Shown: positions 1-7,260 of the stretch, one piece after another
Layout of the letters: each line of letters starts with the position of its first letter
Numbering within the stretch: the first letter of the stretch is position 1
NCBI GenBank assembly: GCA_965372715.1
Contig: CBDVDH010000001.1
Coordinates: forward strand, 1 to 64,000
Direction: 5' to 3'
DNA length: 64,000 bases
DNA from: an uncultured bacterium
GTDB lineage: Bacteria; B130-G9
Program-made: the position numbers and the translations under genes
Notes under the pieces: model-generated
Databases searched by the model: none
The model's input: only the letters and a program-made list of their open reading frames with translations
Told to the model about the DNA's origin: nothing

Positions 1-105
1 GCGCCGCGGGGGTGCGTTCTTGTTCACCCGTCGGGCCTCCCGCTCCACCCCCCCGCCCCTACCAGCCCCATCCAGCTGCCAACCGCCAACCGCCGCATGG
101 CGCCG

Positions 106-1392
106 CTACACCTGCTTGGGCTTTTCTACTATCAGCGTCTGCGTGGGGTAGGCGAACTCGATGCCTTCCGTCTCGAACAGCTCGACGATGGCCAGGTTTA
201 TCCGCTGCTGGATGTCCATATAGATCGTGTAGTCGTTGGTGCTGATGTAATAGACGATCTCGAAGTCGAGGCTGTAGGCGCCGAAGTTGAAGAAGTGCGC
301 CCGGTCGGCGCTCGCAAGGGGAACCTCGTCGATGAGGCGCTTGATCATCTCCGGGATTCTTTTGAGCTTCTCCGCCGGCGTCCCATACGTTACGCCTATC
401 TCGAATGCCACGCGGCGGCGCGCCATCTTCTTGAAGTTCTGGACTGTCTTGCTCCTGAGCACTTTGTTGGAGACGATTATCTCCTCGCCTCGCAGCGCCC
501 GAAGTCGTGTGCTGTAGAAGCCGACCTTCTCGATCGTGCCCTTCAGTTCGCCGATATAGACGTAGTCGCCGGTCTCAAACGGCCTGTCGAGGTAGATGGT
601 GAACGAGGTCAGGAGGTCGGCCAGGACGCTCTGAAGCGCTAGTGCGACGATGATACCGGTGATGCCGAGGCTGGTCGCGACTGGGCCGATGTCTATCTCG
701 GAGAGGTGCATGAATAGAAACAGCGCGACAATCCAGACGATGGCCTTGACGACGTTACGGACAGTTCGCACGATCTTCTTTTGGACGTCGGCATCCGCCT
801 TCAGTGAGAGCTTGTCCGAATACCACTTAGCGACGAGGTTGATGACCCTGACCAGGAGCAGCGCGGCGATAATGGTGGTCAGCACGCCGGCGCCCTTACG
901 AACATAGACGTGCAGCGCCTCAATGCTCGGGATGGAGAGCAGGACGTAGTATAGGCCCGCCAGAACCACGAGGAGATAAGCCGGCGCCTTTATTGTCCTG
1001 ACTATCATCCCGTGCAGCTCGGCCTTCTTTGATTTCTTGTCCATGAACCAGGCGGCCACGATGTTGATCACCCTTGCGGCGAACAGCGCGGCGATAACGA
1101 TCGCTATCACGCGCGTGCCCTTGCGGATGTAGATCAGATACTCGCCGATCGAAGGGACGCAGAGCGCGGCGTAATAGATGCCCGCGACCAACACGAGAGC
1201 GAACGCGGGTATCCTGGCCGCCTTGACTATGTTGTCATCGAGCTCTGTCTTTGACTTTTTCGCTAGCTGGGACGCGTATCGTGAGAAGAAAATCAGCACT
1301 AGCAGAGCTGCAACCAAGAACGCGGAGAATACCATGACGGAGACGAAGAGCTCACCCAGCTGTATTGACTGATCAGCAGACATTGTTTTCAT
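106..1392 (-). CDS. mscS: MscS-family mechanosensitive channel with a duplicated N-terminal TM block
   Basis: C-terminal MscS motifs (ALALQSVLADLL, DRPFETGDYV, GTIEKVGFYSTRLR, GIEFAYPTQTL); two similar 65-aa hydrophobic blocks 75 aa apart in the N-terminus. Confidence 0.92.
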   Translation of the reverse strand: MKTMSADQSIQLGELFVSVMVFSAFLVAALLVLIFFSRYASQLAKKSKTELDDNIVKAARIPAFALVLVAGIYYAALCVPSIGEYLIYIRKGTRVIAIVIAALFAARVINIVAAWFMDKKSKKAELHGMIVRTIKAPAYLLVVLAGLYYVLLSIPSIEALHVYVRKGAGVLTTIIAALLLVRVINLVAKWYSDKLSLKADADVQKKIVRTVRNVVKAIVWIVALFLFMHLSEIDIGPVATSLGITGIIVALALQSVLADLLTSFTIYLDRPFETGDYVYIGELKGTIEKVGFYSTRLRALRGEEIIVSNKVLRSKTVQNFKKMARRRVAFEIGVTYGTPAEKLKRIPEMIKRLIDEVPLASADRAHFFNFGAYSLDFEIVYYISTNDYTIYMDIQQRINLAIVELFETEGIEFAYPTQTLIVEKPKQV

Positions 1393-1419
1393 CCTTTTTC
1401 AGCAGTGAATCGCGGATCT

Positions 1420-1711
1420 GTAGGGGCGCGGTCTCAAACCTAACAATTGTACGCATATTCAAGAGGCATGTTCCTCTGAATCACCGCATTTCAATGCGGT
1501 GATATAGATGGTTCTCATTATCATAACACCCGACTTCAGTCGGGTGGCCAGAGAAGCCAGGAGCGCTCCTCCCTTCCTCCCCGGAAGCCTCATCTGGAGA
1601 GGAGAGAGAAGGGTATCAGGCCGCCCCGAATCCCCCATCTGAAGATGGGGGTTAGAACAATGATGGCCCTCTTGCATCGCCTCGGCTGAAGCCGGGCGAT
1701 GACGCCCCTAC
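1420..1711. repeat. GTAG-type REP palindrome split by an insertion
   Basis: GTAGGGGCGCGGTCTCAAACC (1420-1440) and CGCCCCTAC (1703-1711) rejoin into one REP-like hairpin if 1441-1702 is removed. Confidence 0.7.
1441..1702 (+). mobile_element. About 262-bp non-coding multi-hairpin element, copy 1
   Basis: Colinear with the reverse complement of 40166-40426; hairpins CACCGCATTTCAATGCGGTG, CACCCGACTTCAGTCGGGTG, CCCCCATCTGAAGATGGGGG, CGGCTGAAGCCG. Confidence 0.75.
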
Positions 1712-1726
1712 GCGTCCTGCGTACCA

Positions 1727-3286
1727 TCATGCCTTAGCCTTCGAGGCCTGTATTTTCTTAAGATGTAGGAAGGCTCGTTCAGCCTGCGAGGTCAGGACCG
1801 ACGGGCTCTCCCGGCCGCGTGATGGCGGCTTAATCTCGTCAAGCTCCGCTGCAACGCCCTGTGGCGGCTTAGTCAGCAGGCTGACGATCACGATCGCGAT
1901 GAGGCTGAGGAAGAAGCCTGGGACGAGCTCATAGATCATATCTTTCAAGACCTGCACGTTATACCAGACGACGATGGTGGCTGTTCCGACGATCATGCCA
2001 GTCATTGCGCCCGCCTTGGTGACTCTTTTCCAGTAGAGTGAGAGTATCAGAAGTGGCCCAAAGCTGGCCGCAAGCCCACCCCAGGCGTAGAGCACGAAGC
2101 CGAAGACGATGCCACCCTCCGCAAGCGGGTCCTGATTGAGCGCGAAGATGAGCGCAATCAGGGCGATGCACAACGTGCCAACGCGGCTTATTCTCAGGAG
2201 CGTCTTCTGGCTTGCGTCCTTTTTGAGCATCTTTCTGTAGAAGTCCTCTGCAATCGCTGACGTTGCGACCAGAAGCTGTGAGTCGGCAGTGGACATGATT
2301 GCGGCCATGGCGGCGGCTATCATCAGTCCCGCGAGCCAGGGCGGCATCAGTGCCATTGCCATCTTGACCGTAACCGTCTCGGGGTCCTTCAGGTCGGGTC
2401 CGAGAATGCCCAGACCCGTCAGACCTATGAATAGCGCTCCATAGCCCGCAAGTATCACCCAGACCATCGCGATCAGCGTCGATTGCCGAAGCCTCTTTGG
2501 GTCTTTGATCGCCATGAAGCGTGTTATTATGTGTGGCTGGCCAGGGTAGCCGAGACCAATGGCGAAATGACCCGCGATTAGCGCAAATGCGGCCAAACCT
2601 ACCTCCCCGGACGTGAAGTTGAGGAATCCCGGGCTCTTGGCGCTCATGTGTTTCAGCAGCTCGCCGAAGCCGCCAAGGTTGAAAAGCCCAACGATCGGCA
2701 AGATCACGAGCATTGTAACCATCAGAAGGCCCTGGAAGAGGTCGGTGTATGCGACCGCGAAGAAGCCACCCATCATCGTGTAGAAAACGATGACAGCAGC
2801 GCCTATCAGGATCGCATTAGCATAACCTGTCCCGAAAGTGGCGTTTAGCGCCTTGCCAGACGCTACGAACTGCGCTGAGACGTAGAACATCAAGAACACG
2901 ATGATTATCACGCCGGAAAGCACCCTGATGTGTTTCTTATCCTGGTCCCTGAACCGCGCCTCGAAGAAATCAGGCAGTGTGATCGCGTTCAGCTTCTCCG
3001 TATAGCGCCTCAGGCGTTTGGCGAGCACTGTCCAGTTGAAGAATATCCCCACAATGCTGCCGATGATCGCCCAGAATGCCCCGAAGCCCTGGGTGTAGGC
3101 CTTGCCGGGGACGCCCAGTAGCAACCAGCCGCTCATGTCGCTCGCCTGCGCGGAGATAGCCGTAACCCACGCCCCGAGCTTCCGACCCGCGATAATGAAG
3201 TCCTCTATGCTCTTGTTCAGCCTATAGGTGAGTGCCCCGATTACTATCAGGGCAACCAGATATGCGACGAAACTTCCTGCAAGCAT
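1727..3286 (-). CDS. putP: Sodium/proline symporter (SSS family)
   Basis: Motifs SAQASDMSGWLLLGVPG, GLGYPGQPHIITRF, AAIMSTADSQLL, YAWGGLAASFGP, YELVPGF. Confidence 0.93.
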   Translation of the reverse strand: MLAGSFVAYLVALIVIGALTYRLNKSIEDFIIAGRKLGAWVTAISAQASDMSGWLLLGVPGKAYTQGFGAFWAIIGSIVGIFFNWTVLAKRLRRYTEKLNAITLPDFFEARFRDQDKKHIRVLSGVIIIVFLMFYVSAQFVASGKALNATFGTGYANAILIGAAVIVFYTMMGGFFAVAYTDLFQGLLMVTMLVILPIVGLFNLGGFGELLKHMSAKSPGFLNFTSGEVGLAAFALIAGHFAIGLGYPGQPHIITRFMAIKDPKRLRQSTLIAMVWVILAGYGALFIGLTGLGILGPDLKDPETVTVKMAMALMPPWLAGLMIAAAMAAIMSTADSQLLVATSAIAEDFYRKMLKKDASQKTLLRISRVGTLCIALIALIFALNQDPLAEGGIVFGFVLYAWGGLAASFGPLLILSLYWKRVTKAGAMTGMIVGTATIVVWYNVQVLKDMIYELVPGFFLSLIAIVIVSLLTKPPQGVAAELDEIKPPSRGRESPSVLTSQAERAFLHLKKIQASKAKA

Positions 3287-3292
3287 GGTCAG

Positions 3293-3406
3293 TTATTCCC
3301 CCCTCTCTTTGCCAAATACGAAGTAGTAGAGAAACGAAATGACAAGGAAGACCACCGGCGGCGCGATCAGCCAGAACCAACTCGCGCCCGACATCAAAGA
3401 GCTCAT
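3293..3406 (-). CDS. Small single-TM protein (37 aa), probable symporter accessory peptide
   Basis: MSSLMSGASWFWLIAPPVVFLVISFLYYFVFGKERGE; GGAGG 7 nt upstream; ATGA overlap with lysS stop; ends 6 nt before putP; too short for the ORF track. Confidence 0.7.
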   Translation of the reverse strand: MSSLMSGASWFWLIAPPVVFLVISFLYYFVFGKERGE

Positions 3407-5037
3407 TGTGTCGCCTCCAGGAGTTTTGTTAGGGACGCCTCTATCCTCTCTGCTGTCCTTTCTTGGCCCAGGATCGAGATGAACTCTCCGAGGCGCGGAC
3501 CCTGTAGTTGCTGCAATATAAGTATGTAAAGAATCTGGAAGATTCTGGGTTGGGCGATTGCCTTCTCCCTTGCGAGGTCAAATACCTTAGTCTGAATCTC
3601 ATCGCCAGTGAACTCGCCAGACCTGAGATAATCCACAAAATCCCTGACCGCCTGCTCCTCATTGTCCAAAAGCTCAAGCTCCGGCGCGGGCTGCGCAGTC
3701 AAAACCTCATCGGCAAACCTCATCGCCTTTTGGACGAGCTCGTCAATCAATTCTGAATTCGGAACTTGAGATTCGCCGCTCGGCGAATCTTCGACTTGGG
3801 ACTTAGAACTCCGAACTGCCGGCTCGTCCTCATTTCCGAGCTTCATAGCATACTCCTTGATCACGGCTGGGTCCCGCTCCCCAAGCGCGGCCACGAGATT
3901 GCACAGCGTCGCATAGTCTATTCTTCCAGGATCGGAACCAGGAGGCGCAAGCAGCGTCAGGAATTGGTAGGGATGCCGCTTGCCAGGTTCACCGAACTCC
4001 TTGCGCCGTTGGTAGTAGTCAGTGGCTGTGTCAAACGCCTCGTCCACGTAGCTAGGCATTTTTGACAGGTCGAGGCGCTTGGCCTGCTTCGGTTTTCTAT
4101 AAAGCATCAGGTGCAAGGAGTCCCGCGTGCCGTACTTGAGCCACAACGTGGGGTCTATGCCAAATCCTTTTGACTTTGATATTCTGGAACCGTCCGCGGA
4201 CAGGAAGAGCTCATAGACCATCGTCTGAGGCGGCGGTCTTTTGAATATCTTGCCCATGATGAGCTTGCCCAGAGACGCTGATTCGATAAGGTCCTTGCCG
4301 TGTATCTCATAATCGACGTTTAGCGCGACCCACCGGGCCGGCCAATCGACTCGCCAGGGCAGCTTGCCTGCGCCGTTGAGGTAGGTTGTTGTCCCACGGT
4401 GTCCACATCCAGAGACGGCGCCGAACTCGCCGTCGCAGACGTAATCGACCGTTTCATGATCGATCTTTGCCGAGATGACCCGCGTAGTATAGAGCTTGCC
4501 ACAGTTCTCGCACTTGGCGAAATAAGGGAACCACTTGGCGCCGACCTCCTCGGACAACATCGGGATGACCAGCTTCCTCAGCACATCAACGTTATTCATG
4601 ACGCTCTCGATGGTGGAATTGAACGTCCCTCGGTTGTATTCCTCTGAAGCGAAGACGTATTCACAGCTAATGCCCGTCTCTTCGATCATCTCCACAAGCA
4701 TTCTGTGCATGTGCTTGGAGAAGCTCTCGCAGCACCCGAACGGGTCCGGTATCTCCGAAACTGGGCGGCCTAAGAAGTCGCAAAGCCATTCGGGGAAGCC
4801 GCCAGGGACCTTTCTCAGCCCGTCCAGGTCGTCCAGAAAGGAGATAATGCGAGGTCTGTAGCCGAGGTCCCTGAGTGCAAGAGCAACGAACTCCGTGCGT
4901 ACGATCTCGCCGTAGGTGCCGATGTGGGGAAGGCCAGATGGCCCGAAACCCGTCTCGAGAATCACGTCCCTTCTATCACCCAGCGAACCGATGATCCGCC
5001 TCGCCTCGCGGAAAGGCCATAACATTTCTGCGCACAT
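3403..5037 (-). CDS. lysS: Lysine--tRNA ligase, class I
   Basis: ETGFGPSGLPHIGT (HIGH), GKLPWRVDW, HGKDL, ISKSKG (KMSK-like), C-terminal QGPRLG. Confidence 0.93.
   Translation of the reverse strand: MCAEMLWPFREARRIIGSLGDRRDVILETGFGPSGLPHIGTYGEIVRTEFVALALRDLGYRPRIISFLDDLDGLRKVPGGFPEWLCDFLGRPVSEIPDPFGCCESFSKHMHRMLVEMIEETGISCEYVFASEEYNRGTFNSTIESVMNNVDVLRKLVIPMLSEEVGAKWFPYFAKCENCGKLYTTRVISAKIDHETVDYVCDGEFGAVSGCGHRGTTTYLNGAGKLPWRVDWPARWVALNVDYEIHGKDLIESASLGKLIMGKIFKRPPPQTMVYELFLSADGSRISKSKGFGIDPTLWLKYGTRDSLHLMLYRKPKQAKRLDLSKMPSYVDEAFDTATDYYQRRKEFGEPGKRHPYQFLTLLAPPGSDPGRIDYATLCNLVAALGERDPAVIKEYAMKLGNEDEPAVRSSKSQVEDSPSGESQVPNSELIDELVQKAMRFADEVLTAQPAPELELLDNEEQAVRDFVDYLRSGEFTGDEIQTKVFDLAREKAIAQPRIFQILYILILQQLQGPRLGEFISILGQERTAERIEASLTKLLEATQ
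3751..3814. repeat. Heptamer repeats flanking a 10-bp palindrome, in frame inside lysS
   Basis: ttctgaa ttcggaa cttgaga, then AGATTCGCCG-ct-CGGCGAATCT, then cttggga cttagaa ctccgaa; encodes VRSSKSQVEDSPSGESQVPNSE. Confidence 0.65.
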
Positions 5038-5109
5038 AGGAAATCCCAGTCAGAATTCTAGTCGAGCGCCAGCTGTTAGTAGGTCGATGTTACAGCGGAT
5101 CGGCGTCGG

Positions 5110-5167
5110 GTTTCAAGTTCCGAGTTTCAAGCGGCAAGCCCTAAGTTCAGAGTTAGGAGTTCATCGT
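5110..5167. repeat. Degenerate heptamer tandem repeat
   Basis: tttcaag ttccgag tttcaag ... ttcagag ttaggag ttcatcg. Confidence 0.6.
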
Positions 5168-5361
5168 TGGCCATAATCCTTCACGTCGCTCATCCGTCCG
5201 GTCGCGTCGAATCAGCATCCTGAAGGCAAGATACTGGGGTCGTTTGGCTCAGGAATCGAGGCGCAGGGCTGTCTTCGGGAAAAAGGCAGACTCATCCACA
5301 GAGGGTTCCTTTTGCAGGCTTCTGGGTCAGTGAGTTGTCGTGGCGGGGTCTGACTAGGTGT

Positions 5362-5622
5362 CTATTTGAGCATGGAAGGCAGGCCCTTCGCCACGTTCTG
5401 GTATGCCTCGATTGCCAGCTTCGTTTGCAGCATCGAACCGGAGATGCCTTTGCTGGTGTCGGGAGTCAAGATCGACTTTCTGGCGGCCTTTGAGATATGA
5501 ACCGTATCCTTTGGGGGCTGCTTTTTGGCCTGGCGCTCAGCCTTATGAGGTTTGGCGCTTTGTTCGATCTTGCGCAGTTTGTCGCCGTATATCCTGTGGA
5601 TATACTGCAAGGAAACAGTCAT
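5362..5622 (-). CDS. Small basic protein, FlgM-like or flagellar-regulon associated
   Basis: 86 aa from ATG 5622 with AAGGAGG RBS; KDTVHISKAAR resembles the D-x-V-x-I-S-x-x-A motif of FlgM-like proteins; sigma28 promoter upstream. Confidence 0.6.
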   Translation of the reverse strand: MTVSLQYIHRIYGDKLRKIEQSAKPHKAERQAKKQPPKDTVHISKAARKSILTPDTSKGISGSMLQTKLAIEAYQNVAKGLPSMLK

Positions 5623-5690
5623 AGTTCCCTCCTTCTCGACAGCAAAAACAGCCACACAACAGGTGTGCGTTTACACAACCTCGTGCTACC

Positions 5691-5717
5691 TTATCGGAAC
5701 TTTTCGCTTGACCTTTA
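5691..5717 (-). promoter_or_regulatory. Sigma28 (FliA)-type promoter
   Basis: Minus strand TAAA-N15-TCCGATAA versus consensus TAAA-N15-GCCGATAA. Confidence 0.75.
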
Positions 5718-5775
5718 GCTGTTATTTGCCTAGTTTTGAACGCTCGCAAGAGGGGCTTCTATCCCCCTTGTCCGG

Positions 5776-7260
5776 GTGCCACTTAAGGCTCTCAAATACT
5801 GTCTTGGTGAACTATTGCTAGGTTTGGCTTTCAGTTTGGCGGCGCAGCTACAGGATTCGCGAGGCTTTCGGCTGCCGGAGCATGAAACATTCAAGGCCAG
5901 ATGGAGTCAATTCTGTGGTCAGCTTGATGACGGCTTGGATTATGAGTCCATACTTGGCTCGGACGACAAACTGCGTCGCGTATTCTTGCTGGCTGTCCTG
6001 TGCTCTGAGCCTAGGCTGTGTCCTTTGACCATCTGCCCGACGCTTGATGAGCATATCATCACCCGGCTTTTCGACTCCCTCTTCGGGAAGGACGCTCCCC
6101 CGCCGGTCTCGTTGATTTTTTTCTGGATGGACGACGCTTGGGACTACCTGTGTGAACCAGCCTCCCTGGACGCCATCCTGGGCGGCGCGGAGCTATTAAG
6201 AGGCGCCACATCTCTGGACCAGCCTCTTGGGCGGCTTGCTAGACATTGCCATTTGCGCGCCTCGGCCAAGAACTCGTTCCTGGCTGCTGCGCGTCTTCTG
6301 GAGGACTGCCTGGTCTTGAACAGCTGCAGGCGCGGTTTGGTGGTCGCGCCGGCCGCGGCGGCTCCTGCGATTTCGGATGCCATTGCAAGGTTCGTTGCTG
6401 TGGCGACGCTGTCGTCATCCGTCCGGTGCAAGGTTATGAACGTGTATCCGATTGAGATAGCGTTCGGCTATCGTGCGAATGAGCGATGGTTCGACGATTT
6501 CGCTTCGGATGTAAAGCGACACGGAAGCGACGGTTTTGAGATGCTCGGCTTCGAGCTCGCGCACAGCTCGATTCAGGACCGAGATAGTCTTTGGAAAGCG
6601 TTTACGGCCAGGAAACAGTTCACAGAACTTGTCAATCTCGCCATCTCTGATGATGTTCCGGGCAGATCGATTTCGCCGATTCAGAATCGGTATGAGGCGT
6701 TTGGTCTGATTGCTCACTGCACGGAATGCTATGAGCGTCCTGCGAGCTTCAGTTTGCCGGGCGAGCGTCTGCTGTGCGAGCCGTGCAACTGGAAGGCGTC
6801 AGTTGGCGCAAAAGCTCTTCAAAAGGCGCGCAAAATCGCCGGTCAGTCTTTCTTGGGCGATGCCGACCATCTAGCGGTAATCGCCCTAGCCTGCGATCCG
6901 TTCTGTTCCACGCTTGCTCAGCCATCCTCGCTTAGCGCTGCCGCGTCCGCCGCGCGGAAGGCGTCAAATGCGATCGGGAAGGCTTTGGAGGATGTGCGAA
7001 GCGCTCTGCCCAGAACCTGCCTGGTGAGCAGACTGTCGCCATCCGAGGCGCTGTTGATTGTCAGAAGTGATGACACCGGTCAATGTTCTGAGGTACTTAA
7101 GAACGCCTTGAGGCAGGAGCTGAAGACGGAGGGAGCAAGTGTGAACGCGGAAGTGCGGGTGGGTTCTTCAGGAGCCGAACATGTTGTCCCAATTTGCGTC
7201 GTTGCTCGCGAGGCGGTCTCGAGCGTGCTGACCGGCAATTGCGAGGCGATTTGCGCATGA
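5776..7260 (+). CDS. cas10: Degenerate, truncated Cas10 (type III-D-like large subunit), catalytic motifs lost
   Basis: Palm1-like DYLCEPASLDAILGGAELL (cf. YVFES.KL.EIRGAS.LL); Zn finger CTECYERPA...LCEPCNWK; Palm2 IALACDPF in place of YADGN; RLSPSEALLIV in place of GGDDLLLIV; first gene of a RAMP operon. Confidence 0.72.
   Translation: MPLKALKYCLGELLLGLAFSLAAQLQDSRGFRLPEHETFKARWSQFCGQLDDGLDYESILGSDDKLRRVFLLAVLCSEPRLCPLTICPTLDEHIITRLFDSLFGKDAPPPVSLIFFWMDDAWDYLCEPASLDAILGGAELLRGATSLDQPLGRLARHCHLRASAKNSFLAAARLLEDCLVLNSCRRGLVVAPAAAAPAISDAIARFVAVATLSSSVRCKVMNVYPIEIAFGYRANERWFDDFASDVKRHGSDGFEMLGFELAHSSIQDRDSLWKAFTARKQFTELVNLAISDDVPGRSISPIQNRYEAFGLIAHCTECYERPASFSLPGERLLCEPCNWKASVGAKALQKARKIAGQSFLGDADHLAVIALACDPFCSTLAQPSSLSAAASAARKASNAIGKALEDVRSALPRTCLVSRLSPSEALLIVRSDDTGQCSEVLKNALRQELKTEGASVNAEVRVGSSGAEHVVPICVVAREAVSSVLTGNCEAICA

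Noticed and set aside
5110-5167. GTTTCAA motifs near the cas-like operon as a possible CRISPR mini-array
   Set aside because: The two copies are only 14 nt apart within a 7-nt periodic tract; no 25-40-nt repeats with spacers
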